A stretch of 64,000 nucleotides of DNA, from contig NC_043003.1 of the NCBI RefSeq assembly GCF_006345805.1, positions 98,704,001 through 98,768,000 on the forward strand, in the 5' to 3' direction. Positions 15,727 through 29,867 of this stretch are shown here, piece by piece; position 1 is the first letter of the stretch; each line of letters opens with the position of its first letter. This DNA is from Octopus sinensis. Its lineage: Eukaryota. Made by a program: the position numbers and the translations under genes. Below the pieces are notes generated by a model that was not told where the DNA came from, did not search any database, and saw only the letters and a program-made list of their open reading frames with translations.

Positions 15727-16101
15727 AGTGGCCTTATACAACTAGAAAAGTATTACAAATAACAACCATAAGACTACAAAAATATCTACTTCAGAAGCAA
15801 GGAAAACTAATACAAATAGCCACAAAACACGAACAAAACAAAAATTTGTTTTCAGTCTTTAAGGAAGCTGAGAAATACAAAAACGAAGTCATAGTACGTA
15901 ACAACTATGAAGAAAAAGAAGAATCAACAAAAGTTGTAAAACTACAGAAATCCAAACTAAAACTAGAACAGCAACGGATCATGATAAAACGATGGCAAGA
16001 AAAGGCCCTTCATGGCAAATACTGGGTCAAACTAAACGCGAATGAAATAGACAAAGCAAAATCCCAACAATGGTTGAGAAGCTCAGTACTCGAAGCAGAG
16101 A
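15727..16101 (+). mobile_element. R4/Dong-type LINE fragment, duplicate of 18461-18821
   Basis: GLIQLE...RWQEKALHGKYW...SQQWLRSSVLEAE; about 5 differences in 361 bp versus 18461-18821. Confidence 0.85.
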
Positions 16102-16204
16102 TCGAAATTAAAATAAATACAACTAATTCAGATTCTCATTTCCGTTCTATTTCTCATATTTTTTTTAATGATTATTTGTATTTTAAGTGCCATAGTTTTA
16201 TAGC

Positions 16205-16590
16205 GACTGTCATGAATGTTTGGTTAAGAAGGTCGCTTCGCAGCCATGTGTTCTAGGGTTCGGTTTCACTGTGCGACACTCCGAGGAAATGACTTCGACT
16301 GTAACACAAGCCGGTCAACACCTTACGAGTGAATTTGGCAGACGGAAACTGTGTAGAATCCCGTCACACATGCGTGTGTATGTTTGTGTACTATGTATTC
16401 ACGTGTAAGTGCATCTCGCACTGCGTGACAGCCATTATTGTTCTGCTTACGACGTCGTAACTTAGAGGTTCAGCAAAATAGTCCGATAGAATAAGTATCA
16501 GACGTAAATTTGCTAGAGGTAGATTTCATCGACGAACCCTTTCAAGGCGCTACTTCAGTAAAGTTGCAGCCAGCTCTATGATCAGAACGT
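16205..16590 (+). mobile_element. SINE group C, old diverged copy
   Basis: GGTTAAGAAG...GGGTTCGGTTTCACTG...GAGTGAATTTGGCAGACGGAAACTG...CCGATAGAATAAGTA. Confidence 0.7.
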
Positions 16591-17030
16591 GCAAACGAAT
16601 AAAAAAGAATAAAAGGAAGTTGCAATCTAAAACAGATTTGTCTCTTACTTCTAGCACGTGAAACAACCACATAAACATCTCCCCCCCCCGATGTCTTGAT
16701 TTTATCACTACATATAATAGTTGAATAATTCAATTTCATGTTACTAGCGCTGTTAGTATGAATTACTTTGCAAAACCAGGTTTTCAACAATGTTTCAGAT
16801 ACATTAACTGTCACCAAGAATAATTCATCAGACAGAGATACTCCTGAAAATCACAAGAGAGCAATTCATTTCGTTTCGTATTTATAATACATCAAAATTA
16901 ACAAATTCATACAAAAGTTGTCAGTATTTTTATCATTATTTTGTCTTGTTTCTTTGCCTGTGGTCTAACAAGAGATATTCAATGCCTATACGCCACTGTA
17001 TGTTGTGTTTCTTTCTTTGTGGATGTATGT

Positions 17031-17034
<4 letters not shown>

Positions 17035-17095
<61 letters not shown>

Positions 17096-17143
17096 TATAT
17101 ACATATATACATATATATATGTGTATATATATATATATATATA

Positions 17144-17219
<76 letters not shown>

Positions 17220-17258
17220 TACATATGCATACATATATATTCATACATATATCTATCC

Positions 17259-17289
<31 letters not shown>

Positions 17290-17802
17290 CATATCAATGT
17301 TTACATACTTTCACCCACACACACATATATGTGCGTGTGTGTGTGCATGTGTATGTGTGTGTATGCATGTATGTGTACATATGTGTACGTGCTTCTGCAT
17401 GCGTATGCGTATATATGTGTGTATATGTATACGTAAATATGCACGTACGTATGTGTGGGAATATATAAATGGTGTTGAGTGTTTGTTTCAATGAATCGAA
17501 AGGAAAATAAAGAAACTTCGTCTCAATAACCTTCATTTGTTGCGAAAGGAAATGTAGAGGACTGTACAAGGGTTCGAAGATCAAAATAAATAAGGCACGC
17601 GTATAGTTTGAAGATCTTAAGGGGTGGCCTGATACGGTGTGAACATCTGTCTACAAACTTTATACTGCTACTACCATCACCACCATCGCTGCCACCGAAA
17701 CTACTACTACTACTACTACTATACTACTACTACTACTACTACTATTACTACTACTACTACTACTACTGCTACTACTACTACTAGTAGTAGTAGTAGTAGT
17801 AG

Positions 17803-17833
<31 letters not shown>

Positions 17834-17842
17834 GTAGTAGTA

Positions 17843-17886
<44 letters not shown>

Positions 17887-18105
17887 CCTTAAATCTTTAA
17901 AATGTTTTAGCCCGAAGGCCGCGGCCATGTTGGGGCACCACCGCTGAGATTGTGGGTGAGATTATAGGTGAAACAGAAGGAGTAAGTTTTAAACTAAGTT
18001 TACTTAAAACGTTAAAGCAAAATATAAATATATAGATATAGGAAGGCTAGAAAGAAATTTCAAATATAACTAAATACAGTAAAGTTGCAGCCAGCTCTAT
18101 GATCA

Positions 18106-18195
<90 letters not shown>

Positions 18196-18233
18196 CGATG
18201 ATGATGATGATGATGATGATGATGATAATGATG

Positions 18234-18278
<45 letters not shown>

Positions 18279-18364
18279 TAATAATAATAGGTCTCTGGGT
18301 GAGACTTGGAGCCAACTTGTACAGACATAAAGCAAAAGTCAAACATAGAATAATAATAATAATA

Positions 18365-18443
<79 letters not shown>

Positions 18444-18460
18444 CATAGCAATAATAATAA
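17035..18460. repeat. Microsatellite cluster (TA, CTA/TAG, TAA, GAT) with embedded short duplications
   Basis: Direct reading. Confidence 0.9.
18292..18348 (+). mobile_element. Probable extreme 3' end of a Dong-type LINE within (TAA)n
   Basis: GGTCTCTGGGTGAGACTTGGAG...AAACATAG bounded by (TAA)n on both sides; family assignment from context and recalled similarity only. Confidence 0.4.
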
Positions 18461-19495
18461 ACTAGAAAAGTATTACAAATAACAACCATAAGACTACAAA
18501 AATACCTATTTCAGAAGCAAGGAAAACTAATACAAATAGCCACAAAACACGAACAAAACAAAAATTTGTTTTCAGTCTTTAAGGAAGCTGAGAAATACAA
18601 AAACGAAGTCATAGTACGTAACAACTATGAAGAAAAAGAAGAATCAACAAAAGTTGTAAAACTACTGAAATCCAAACTAAAACTAGAACTGCAACGGATC
18701 ATGATAAAACGATGGCAAGAAAAGGCCCTTCATGGCAAATACTGGGTCAAACTAAACGCGAATGAAATAGACAAAGCAAAATCCCAACAATGGCTGAGAA
18801 GCTCAGTACTCGAAGCAGAGACTGGGGGATTTTTAATTGCAGCACAAGATCAAAGCTTTCCCACCAGAAATTACCAAAAACATATAATGAAAAGAAACAT
18901 AAGTGACTGCAGATTATGTAGAGATGGACAAGAAGCAATAAACCATATTGTCTTTGGATGCCCATTCCTGGCTAAGAAGGAATATATTCACAGACATGAC
19001 AGAGTTGTGATCTATATACACCGGAAGCTATGCCAACACTATGGAATAAAAAAAGAAAATAGATGGTATAGGCACACGCCAGAAAAAGGTCATAGAAAAT
19101 GAGAAAGCAACCATACTATGGGATATGCCAATGCACACAGAGAAATTAAGGCCAACAGGCCGGATATAGTTGTCAGAGATCATTAAAAAATGTGCCTTCT
19201 AATCGATGTATCAATACCAACAGATGACATCGTTTCTCAAATGTGGAGTCTAAAAACAGAAACAATTCCTCTCATAGTAGGCACATTAGATATGATAAAA
19301 ATATTCAGGCAAACACAACAAAAACACCAGGACTAGCAATAGCACTACTAGGCACCGCACACATCCTACGTAAAACACTTTCAATACAGTGTTTTACGTA
19401 AGATGCATCATAACAGACCACAATACATAACCACGGTACACAGAGCTGCGCTCGGCAGTGCAGTGAAAGCACGTGATAAAAATAAGGCTACTGAA
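18461..19495 (+). mobile_element. R4/Dong-type LINE, 5'-truncated, zinc knuckle plus RLE endonuclease, decayed
   Basis: LHGKY, ETGGFLIAAQDQ, CRLC-x-E-x-NHIVFGC, YIHRHDRV, ILWD, ANRPDIV, LIDVSIP, PLIVG, GTAHILRK; (TAA)n on both sides. Confidence 0.92.
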
Positions 19496-19507
19496 TAATA
19501 ATAATAA

Positions 19508-19722
19508 TCCTTTCTACTACACGCACAAGGCCTGGAATTTGGGGAGAGGGGACTAATCGATTACACCGACACCAGTGTTGCACTGGTACTTGATATAGCG
19601 ACCCCGAAATGATGAAAGGCAAAGTCAACCTCTGGAGAATTTGAACTAAAAGCGTGAAGACGGACGAAATGCCGCCGAGCAGTTTGCACAGAATGCTAAC
19701 GATTCTGCCAGCTCACCGCCTT
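19508..19722 (-). mobile_element. SINE group A (tail A2)
   Basis: Head AAGGCGGTGAGCTGGCAGAATCGTTAGCA on minus; tail CACAAGGCCTGGAATTTGGGGAGAGGGG. Confidence 0.85.
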
Positions 19723-20790
19723 AATAATAATGATAGTGGCGATAATAGGCAAAGTTGAGACATGAAATAAATAACAAATTAGAAGTTTCATATACTTGAA
19801 TGCTCAAATGAACACTTAGTCTCAATTGCGTATAGGAATATAATTATATGACTGCAATACAACCAGAAAGTACATCTACATTGCTAGAATTGTTAAAAGT
19901 GAGGGAATGGTAGTAATATTCTTTTTCTTCCATTGGAACAGCTAGCTATATAGTAACATAAATCGTTAATCATGTTCACTGAACATGAATGTGTCTCTAA
20001 AAGCCTGCTGGTGCTTTACAAACATTTTGACAAATGGAACAAGTTAAGGTTTCAATTTTCTTGAGTGCTTGTGGATCATTTACTATTTTTTTTTTAGTGG
20101 ACGGCAAGGCCTGCTTTGCTTCGTGTCACAAAACCACAAGACCTATGTGCGTGTGTATGTGTGTGTGTGAGTGTGTCTTTGTGTCTGTGATTGTCCTCCC
20201 ATCATCGTTTGACAACCGGTGTTGGTGTGTTTACGTCCCTATAACTTGGCAGTTCAGCAAGAGAACCCGACAGAATAAATACTAGGTTTAAGAAATAGCA
20301 TTTCAGCTATTATTTCTAGCAGTGTAAGTGTCTTAAACCCCTTAGTCGCATTTATATTTTTTCTTATGGTAGCTCATTGCGCATGGGTGTTTATATTAAT
20401 CTTTGCACAGACACACATACACGCATGCACACACACGCACACACACACACATACACACACACACACGCACTTATGGACACATATTTATTGTTAACTTCAT
20501 ATATATATTTATATGCAAAAGTAATAATTTCAAATTTGGATAAACACCATGTAGCATGCCGTTTAAAGCCTGTTCACTGTATTCGGTTACCTTTTGACAC
20601 GTCCTCTAACGAGACAAATCTGCAACTGTGATGCACCACAATTGCTTGTACAGCATCTCACCCGTGAAGCACTGGCGCAAGATGCGTCGAAACCTTTCGT
20701 AGTGAATAATAGTCTCGTCAATGGCATGTACATATGTATGCATGTATGTACTACATACACACACATAGATACACACACACACACACACAC

Positions 20791-20848
<58 letters not shown>

Positions 20849-20970
20849 GTTGGCCTGCTCGCTTAGCCAGCGGGGTAGCGTCATTTGAAGGCTAAAACAA
20901 TGCGAAGCGCATCGTGACCAGCGATGTGTAGCAACATCTGATAGTCTGGTCGGTCACGGTGGTCACGGGG
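20849..20970 (+). mobile_element. Isolated SINE group B tail 2
   Basis: GTTGGCCTGCTCGCTTAGCC...CATCTGATAG.CTGGTCGGTCAC is the reverse complement of 39773-39886. Confidence 0.85.
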
Positions 20971-20998
20971 ATATATATATATGTATAGGCATATATGT

Positions 20999-21230
20999 GT
21001 GGAGGCGCGTGGCTTAGTCGTTACGGTGTCAGCATCATGATCGTAAGATTGTGGTTTCGATTCCTGGACCGGGCGACGTGTTGCGTTCTTCAGCAAAACA
21101 CTTTATTTCACGTTGCTCCAGTTCACTCAGCTGGCAAAAATAAGTAACGCTGCGATGGGAACACATACGCCATTGAAGCCGGGAAACCGGGCCCATGAGC
21201 CTGGCTAGGCTTTAAAAGCGCGCATTTATT
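20999..21230 (+). mobile_element. tRNA-derived SINE with CORE-like middle and tail 3
   Basis: Head GGAGGCGCGTGGCTTAGT...GGTTTCGATTCC; middle TTCTT.AGCAAAACACTT...CCAGTTCACTCAGCTG.CAAAAAT resembles the CORE domain; tail CCCATGAGCCTGGCTAGGCTT shared with 40096-40215. Confidence 0.85.
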
Positions 21231-21802
21231 TATTTTATCATGTGCATGTATAGTCAAAGACAGCGGGAAAGAATGTGTGGGGTCTGTGTGTCTGAGAGAG
21301 AAAGAGAGATTTGTGCGTGTATATATTTGTTGAAGAATGTTAAAGCAAGCATAGTATAGATAGTCACCAGGTCATACTCAGATAAATCCGAAACTTAAGG
21401 TCAGAAGCTTCCATCTAGCTTCAGTAGATCTGATGAGCAAAGTCACTTATAAGAGCGATCTTCGTTCAAACAAACTAAAATGGGTGTTAGTAATGTACTT
21501 AAGTGGAACCTCGCGTGTATAAATATATAAAGTACAGTTGTTTCGAATAGATAATACTAGTGCGACCTTTGAAGAGTATAACGATATTTCGTACAATGAA
21601 TGTCTCCGACACAGTTCAAGCCAATACAGCTACAATATCAATGGATCTTATGCCACAATATATATGGTTATGGCACCAGATATTGTGTATTCGAAACACC
21701 TGTAAATATAATGCTTGATTACATCATACATACGCTTTTTATATGCAGCTTTTTTACACCTACATTTGCTTATCAGCATTTTCTGCTTCCGTATGCGCGT
21801 AA

Positions 21803-22612
<810 letters not shown>

Positions 22613-22738
22613 CATACCATTTTCAATAATTCTTTTGCTTTTAATAGTGCATATCAAACACGATAAAAGTTTAAAAGAAACGCGTAGGGATAGCGCCACT
22701 AATCAATACTTGTTAATTAATATCTTTATGCTTTAAAA

Positions 22739-22967
22739 CAGCGGTCTTCAAGCGGGGTCCATATAAGGTTTTATTAAAGTATGTGTAATAAATTGGTTGC
22801 ATTCTACAATACACAAAGTATTTGAACATTTTCTTATACCATTCCTAGCAATATTTAATTATAAAAATATAATAGGATTTTTGAAAATATGAAATGGCTT
22901 TGTGGGTCCATCTGTGTAAAACAGGAATCAAAGGGGTACATAGGTAAAAAAGGGTTGATAACCACTG
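22739..22967. mobile_element. hAT (Charlie-like) MITE
   Basis: Termini CAGCGGTCTTCAA / GGTTGATAACCACTG; degenerate 8-bp TSD CTTTAAAA / CTTTAGAG. Confidence 0.7.
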
Positions 22968-23173
22968 CTTTAGAGTAAATCGTCAGGTTGTACACAGGAC
23001 ATACTGAGCGTGATATCGGATAATGAATATTGTGTCATCATAAGCCCTCGGAGTTGAGTATTCGTTAAGATGTTATAGCTTTCTTGGAGCTATATAAGTG
23101 AAGTGTATAGCGAATGAAGTGTATAGCAGATAGCATTAAAGCACATAGAGTTGGTTACATGCAAAACAATATA

Positions 23174-23384
23174 AGAGAGGTGCTGAAAAGTTTATAGCTT
23201 TACGGGTATAGTGGAAGGCTTGATTGAGACCCAACCTTCTGAGTTCTTTTATATAAAAACTGAAGGGCCGCTGCAATAAGTGTGTGAATCTGACGGGGAG
23301 GTTATGTTGAATAAAATGACAATTAACTGATCCTCCCGTATTTTCTTTTAATGAAAAGCCAGGAACTTTTCAGCATACCCTCGG
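23174..23384 (+). mobile_element. Mariner-derived MITE
   Basis: TIRs GAGGTGCTGAAAAGTT / AACTTTTCAGCATACCCTCG; internal remnant R-C-N-K-C-V-N-L-x-G...YVE* like a mariner transposase C-terminus. Confidence 0.75.
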
Positions 23385-23477
23385 ATATTGAAACAATACA
23401 ATTTGAAAGTGAAAACGTTGCCCAGAGACAAATACATATGTAAATGGATATATTTTTACGCTTAAAGCAAAATAAAC

Positions 23478-23629
23478 GCACAGACACGGCTGACTAGTAA
23501 GAAGCTCATGGTTCTGAGTTCAGTCCCACTGCATGACATCTTGGGCAAGTGTTTTCTACTACAGCCTCGACCAAAATCTTGCGAGTGGATTTGGTCTTGC
23601 GAGTGGATTTAGAATTAAACTAAGCCATC

Positions 23630-23672
<43 letters not shown>

Positions 23673-23855
23673 ATATAAAGAGAATTCACAAAAGACGAAG
23701 TCACGTGGTGTAGACAACAAACAGCTGTAGTACTATAACGCTCGGGAAGTGAAAAAGTCTTTAACGTTTCAAGCCTACGCTCTTCCACAGAAAGGAAGAC
23801 AGAAAGAAACAAGGAGAGAAAATAAAGAATGTGTAGTGGCTAGCGATCTACATGG

Positions 23856-23934
<79 letters not shown>

Positions 23935-24139
23935 TTTATAAATATGTATGTATGGGTATATTTGTCCCTCACCACCGTTTGTATTCATATAACTTAGCGA
24001 TTCGGCTAAACAGACTGATAGAATAAATACCAGGCTTAACAAAAATAAGTACTGAGGTCGAATCATTCCATTAAAAGTTCTTTAACGCGGTATCCCAGCA
24101 TAGCCTCAGTTTAATGACTAAAAGAATTAAATAAAAAGA
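23478..24139 (+). mobile_element. SINE group C interrupted at its internal (TA)n by a family E element
   Basis: Head 23478-23632 (GTTCAGTCCCACTGC...TTGGGCAAGTG); tail 23960-24139 (GATAGAATAA.TAC...); insert between. Confidence 0.8.
23680..23858 (-). mobile_element. Family E ~190-bp element with hammerhead-like motif
   Basis: Minus strand CTTT-CTGTGGA-A-GAGC.GTAG.GCTT-GAAA-CGTT-AAAG at 23759-23794; homologous to 48905-49100 and 50756-50955. Confidence 0.7.
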
Positions 24140-24814
24140 CATACAAAGAAATAAAACGAACTTCACATATATACAAATGTGTCTCCTTATATCCATACAT
24201 GTAGAACAACATGTATATAGGTACAAAGATGTGTTTATAAATATATTCATACGTACATATTTGTGAGAAGATATACTGGTATATAGATACAGAGATGCCT
24301 ACTCATGTACATACCGATATACATACAAATATAGATCAATGCATATTCATAGATGTGCACATTTATAAGCATACAAATAAAATAGTAAAATTAGATAACT
24401 GGACATACAACCGCTAGATCATTCCAGGTATATATAAAAGTAAGGAGACAGATAGCCAAACAGATATATGCAAAAGACAATCCCGACTATAGATATTTAT
24501 TAACCTTATTAGTGTTTTAGTTTTATTTTTCTTGTGTAGTCAAGAATCAAATTACAGGTATCGTACTCCCAGTGGTCGCGATAATTACAAGGAAGATAAG
24601 CTTTTTATATATACTGTTTGGTGTGTTTAGAAATCTGAAATTGAAATTTAGGAAATTTAAAGTAAAAATCGCATATATGTTTTTCTAATCGGTGATAATC
24701 ATATATATTACGAGTCTAACTTTGATAAACGGCTCTCCAGCCGTGAAGAAACCATCTTTTGTCATGCATTATATATCTAGGATAATACGTAACATTATTC
24801 TATATTTGATATAT

Positions 24815-24871
<57 letters not shown>

Positions 24872-25431
24872 CTGTGTAATTCGATTTGAGGAAAATTTGG
24901 TTTACGGATCCTATGGCCTAATGGGGTTTAATTAAGCTTTAATTCCTACAGTAGAAATATGACATTGATATAGTGCAGATGTCTGATACTTTTGCATATG
25001 CTTTGTGAGCACAAACTACATTTTTGCAGGCTTTCACAACAAAAAAATAAATCTAAGATTTTTAAAAGATGACATCTAAGAAACTGCTGAAGAAAGCTGA
25101 ATCGTATGCTGTTCAGTTTACGCCTGATAAATTCTGGTATGATACAAAATGCCTTCATCGATGCTGAACAGAAAGAACGCCCATTTTTAATACTTTCCAC
25201 GCCTGTTTATAAACTTAACCTCACAATCATATGTCTGATGTTTATTTCATATTCGCTATTCAAAATAATGTGCAGAAACTGAAGGTTTTGTTGAAGGTTA
25301 CATACATAATCAATGAAATATATTATAAACGTTAGGTGAGGACGGGGATGTTGACCATTTGAAAAACCGACAACGAAACGCATAGTCTTCCTTTCTGATT
25401 TTCAACCAAAGCCTTCCCATACATACATACA

Positions 25432-25465
<34 letters not shown>

Positions 25466-25490
25466 CATACATACATATATACATACATAC

Positions 25491-25810
25491 ATCGAAACCT
25501 CCTGCTTCTATATGCAGACTATGAATTCATATTCATACCAATAATGATTGGAGCACTAGGTTTTTTTTAGTAAATGCTTAAAGAAGAATCTGGATAAACT
25601 GGAATTTTCAGAAAGAGAAAACGAACGGCTAATTCGCACATTACAAGTGCAATCTGTGAGTGGAACAGTAAAATTTGCAAGACTTTTCTCAAGTTCCAAA
25701 TTTAAATTCGTCTGTCTTAACTACATCGCAAAGATGGAGCCTTGTATCTTTGTTGGAAACCGGCTCTCTCCTCAGTGGAAAATTTAAAATATCAAAAAGA
25801 TAGAAGAGAC
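25491..25810 (+). mobile_element. RLE-type LINE 3' fragment in (CATA)n, copy 1 of tandem duplication
   Basis: [23 protein letters not shown]...KCLKKNLDKLEFS...LQVQSVSGTVK; the P-x-x-IGALG motif is typical of RLE C-termini. Confidence 0.75.
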
Positions 25811-25943
25811 ATCCATCCATCCATCCATCCTTCCTTCCATCCATCCATCCATCCATCCATCCATCCATCCATACATACATACATACATACATACATACAT
25901 ACATACATACATGCATGCATGCATGCATACATACATACATACA

Positions 25944-25977
<34 letters not shown>

Positions 25978-26002
25978 CATACATACATATATACATACAT
26001 AC

Positions 26003-26322
26003 ATCGAAACCTCCTGCTTCTATATGCAGACTATGAATTCATATTCATACCAATAATGATTGGAGCACTAGGTTTTTTTTAGTAAATGCTTAAAGAAGAA
26101 TCTGGATAAACTGGAATTTTCAGAAAGAGAAAACGAACGGCTAATTCGCACATTACAAGTGCAATCTGTGAGTGGAACAGTAAAATTTGCAAGACTTTTC
26201 TCAAGTTCCAAATTTAAATTCGTCTGTCTTAACTACATCGCAAAGATGGAGCCTTGTATCTTTGTTGGAAACCGGCTCTCTCCTCAGTGGAAAATTTAAA
26301 ATATCAAAAAGATAGAAGAGAC
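26003..26322 (+). mobile_element. RLE-type LINE 3' fragment, copy 2 (512-bp tandem duplication)
   Basis: Identical by eye to 25491-25810. Confidence 0.8.
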
Positions 26323-26502
26323 ATCCATCCATCCATCCATCCTTCCTTCCATCAATCCATCCATCCATCCATCCATCCATACATACATACATACATACAT
26401 ACATACATACATACATACATGCATGCATGCATGCATACATACATACATACATACATACATACATACATACATACATACATACATACATACATACATACAT
26501 AC

Positions 26503-26965
26503 ACAGATGCTACGTGCAGTTGGGGAAATCTAAAGATCATTAAAAAAAGAAGTTTAAGATCGTTGAAAAAGAGAATACCTACGCTGAACTATTAAGAAAT
26601 TTGAAGTTACTCTATCAAGATTATAAGTTCAGGTTTATACCTGTAATTACTGGGGCACTGGGATATTTAACACACTGCCTAAATACCAATCTTGAGAAAT
26701 TAGCCTTCTCAAAACCAGAGAGGAGAAAGCTGAGTCAAAGACTACAAATTCAAGCCATCATTATATGAGAATGTCTAGATATGCTACTATATGCATGAAA
26801 ATACATGCATAAAACAAAACAGACAAACCTTCACGTATATATATACATGCAAATATACCCTGTTGATGTTGTTGAAATTCCAATGAAGGAGCCTTGGATT
26901 TAAGTTGGAAACCGGTTCTTTCTTTATTGGCAAGAAATCTTGAAATAAAACTGAATTATGATATA
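26503..26965 (+). mobile_element. Related RLE-type LINE 3' fragment in (CATA)n
   Basis: EKENTYAELLRNLKLLYQDYKFRFIPVITGALGYLTHCLNTNLEKLAFSKPERRKL; 3' UTR runs into (CATA)n. Confidence 0.8.
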
Positions 26966-27843
26966 CATACATACATACATTTATAAAATGCTAAGATAAA
27001 AATTAGAAGCAAATTAGAAATCACGGTTTCAACATAGATAGTTATCTTCACTGGACCCGATTTTAATAGATTAATTTGTCTTTTCTTATTCACATTATCA
27101 TTTAATCTCCACTTAACGACTTATTGCTTACACAGACAACAACCTTGCGAAGTTTTCCCTTTTCATCTGCTTAAGTTATATAACACGTCAATATTTTCTT
27201 TTTCCTAAAATTTCATACACTGATAAAATCATACCTGAGACCTGGTAAGTATGAAAAAGACTATTCTACACTGAGGAGGTCTAATATAACTAAAACATGT
27301 CAAAATTTATAGGGGTACTACTGAAAATCAGACTTATGCCTCACTACTTGTCACCAATCAATTCCTAAACCGAATTTCCGAATTGTCAACATTGTCTTTC
27401 CTAACAATAACTATCACTAAAGCTTTTCTCTTCGTTACAAGTGTAATTTTAATTAATTAAACATTTGTAATGGTCTTGTTCTTGCCCTCTGCACACAACG
27501 CCCGACGGATCGTTGTGGACTTGTCGTGGCATTTTTACACCTGATGGAGTTCATCCCTTCTCCAAGTTTCATCACAACTAATTTCTTTCAGGAGTGGATT
27601 ACAGAGAGACAGACAGACAAACAGACAAAAATAGAGAGAGTAAGGATAGGTCAGCCCCAGTACAGGTCTAGTGCTTTATATATCGACACAGAAGTTTTGA
27701 AAGGGAAACTTCATCTCGTAGGTATGTGCAGAAAGACGAAACTAACACTGCAAAGATAACGACACGCTAACGATTCGCTTAATACGTCAAATCACTAGAG
27801 TCGTATTGCCTATAGTAAATATTACCTCCACGTTACTGGAAAT

Positions 27844-28193
27844 ATAGCCTTTGCCATTTGCTATTTCTGAGCCTAGACTCCTCTGATGCAAAAGCTAGTT
27901 AGAAATACGCAACACTATTTATTAGCATTATCAACTTCAACGACCATGTGCCACTGAGAGAACTTACTCCGTTTTGCTGGACAAACTATAACTTGCAGCT
28001 AAATTTCCTCCAAACCACATAGCCTTTGCCATTTGCTATTTCTGAGCCTAGACTCCTCTGATGTAAAAGCTAGTTAGAAATACGCAACACCATTTATTAG
28101 CATTATCAACTTCAACGACCATGTGCCACTGAGAGAACTTGCTCCGTTTTGCTGGACAAACTATAAGTTGCAGCTAAATTTCCTCCAAACCAC
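27844..28193. repeat. 175-bp tandem duplication
   Basis: ATAGCCTTTGCC starts at 27844 and 28019; about 4 substitutions between copies. Confidence 0.92.
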
Positions 28194-28762
28194 ATATTAC
28201 TGTCTTACAAGGAAAATAATACATGCGATATGTCCGCGTGTACGTTATGTCCGAAAAATGGATAATGATGACTAGATTAGCTTTGCTCTTGTGTTGCTCA
28301 ACTAAGACTGAGCTGGGACTAAGCAACAACAACATCAACACTCTAGCGCCGACAACTGTAATCAGAATAGGAATAAAACATCAAGCTAGAGTGTGTACTT
28401 AAATGTAGTCACTCACCCTACTCAATGAGTGATATCTATTTTTCAAATAAAGACTGTAATTGGAAGTCTTAAATCAACTGTTCCTTAAATTGGGAGACAA
28501 TACCGCCCTAGAGGCGTGATGAGGTCACAAAGGAATGCAAAATGTCAAGGGAGCGCAATGTTGATGCTGGGTGTTTAGAGGACTCATGAAGTGTCTTAGA
28601 AATAAAATATTTTAGTCAAACACAATACTTATATCGTAAATACATTTTCTAGATATCTTTCTTGTGATTAGAATATGAGTAGTGTATTATATTATCAGTA
28701 AGCAGAAACATGAAAGACAATGCACCAAGACCTAATATAGCTTCATTATATTTCAGTTCTCA

Positions 28763-28985
28763 ATGGCGGTGAGATGGCAAAATCGTTAGAGCCAAGAAAA
28801 AAAAAAAACGTTTTACGGCAATCGTTCCAACATTTCATGTTTACAGAACAAATCATGCCGAGGTCGACACTACCTTTTATTCTGTCGGAGTTAATTAAGT
28901 AAAATACCAGTCTAAGTACTTGGGCCAATTGCATTGCCAATATCCTTTAAAGTTCCTGACCTTCTGACTAAATTTCAAATCATTA
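28763..28985 (+). mobile_element. SINE group A (tail A2), highly diverged
   Basis: GGCGGTGAGATGGCAAAATCGTTAG...GCCGAGGTCGAC...CCTTTTATTCTGTCGGAG. Confidence 0.65.
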
Positions 28986-29867
28986 TATAATTTCTCGCCG
29001 TCTTCGGTACGGTAATTTCTATTAAAATTTAACATAGCGGACATACAAAAAGGGACATGCCAATATATGAAAAGAGACACGTGCATGTGGGGCAAATATA
29101 AGAAAATACGGATAATAAACCACTGCACAAAATTATCTGTTGTTTGATTAAAATAGTCCTCTTATTTGGGTCTTTGAGGGAGGATGTTAACATATGTGAA
29201 GGAAGCCTTTGTAAAATAATATTTGGGTAAAGAGGAGCATTGAGGTTCTGAATCACAACCCTGAATCTTTGCATTAAGATACATGTCAATTAAAGATGGA
29301 TTTTAAATGCTAAAATGCTAATAACTCGTTTTGTGTTATCTCAAGTATAACTGATCAGCTATACGTAAGAGAAATGTTTTTCATATTAGTTACAGCAACA
29401 ACAACAGCAGCAGCCACAGCAGAGTCAGCAATAGCAACAGCAACATCATCGACAACAAGACCTTCAAAAGTTTTTAGAAAGTAAATTTCACGGATTTTTG
29501 ATATCTGAATAATTCAGTGGGTGTGAAAAGAGTATTTGTCATTCCTAATGTTTATGGCTACACCCAATCCAATGTCTAGTCACACCCAATCAAGCATAGA
29601 CCACACATGCCCCAGCCTTAATATTTACTGTCATCCCCAGCAAGCAAACAACGTAAAAGAAAACATTCTGTGACCACACCCAAAGCGACAACTACGATGA
29701 TTTAACTCTTCTATGAGATGATCACACCCTTATTAGGCAATATATTAATACCCCACCCTTATCAATGCTTTCCATAACCACGAATCGCTTAGTCTGATAG
29801 ATATAACAGCTAGGTATTCTTCAGTCACATTCCCTCGTCTTTGATACCACCAACTGCGATGATGTAA

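Noticed and set aside
20591-20727. Possible minus-strand exon (ATG at 20727, AAG/GTAACC donor)
   Set aside because: No recognisable protein similarity or partner exons; needs RNA-seq.
24720-24755. Hairpin ACGGCT/AGCCGT with TTGATAA...GAA as a hammerhead
   Set aside because: Two core mismatches and no stem I or III.
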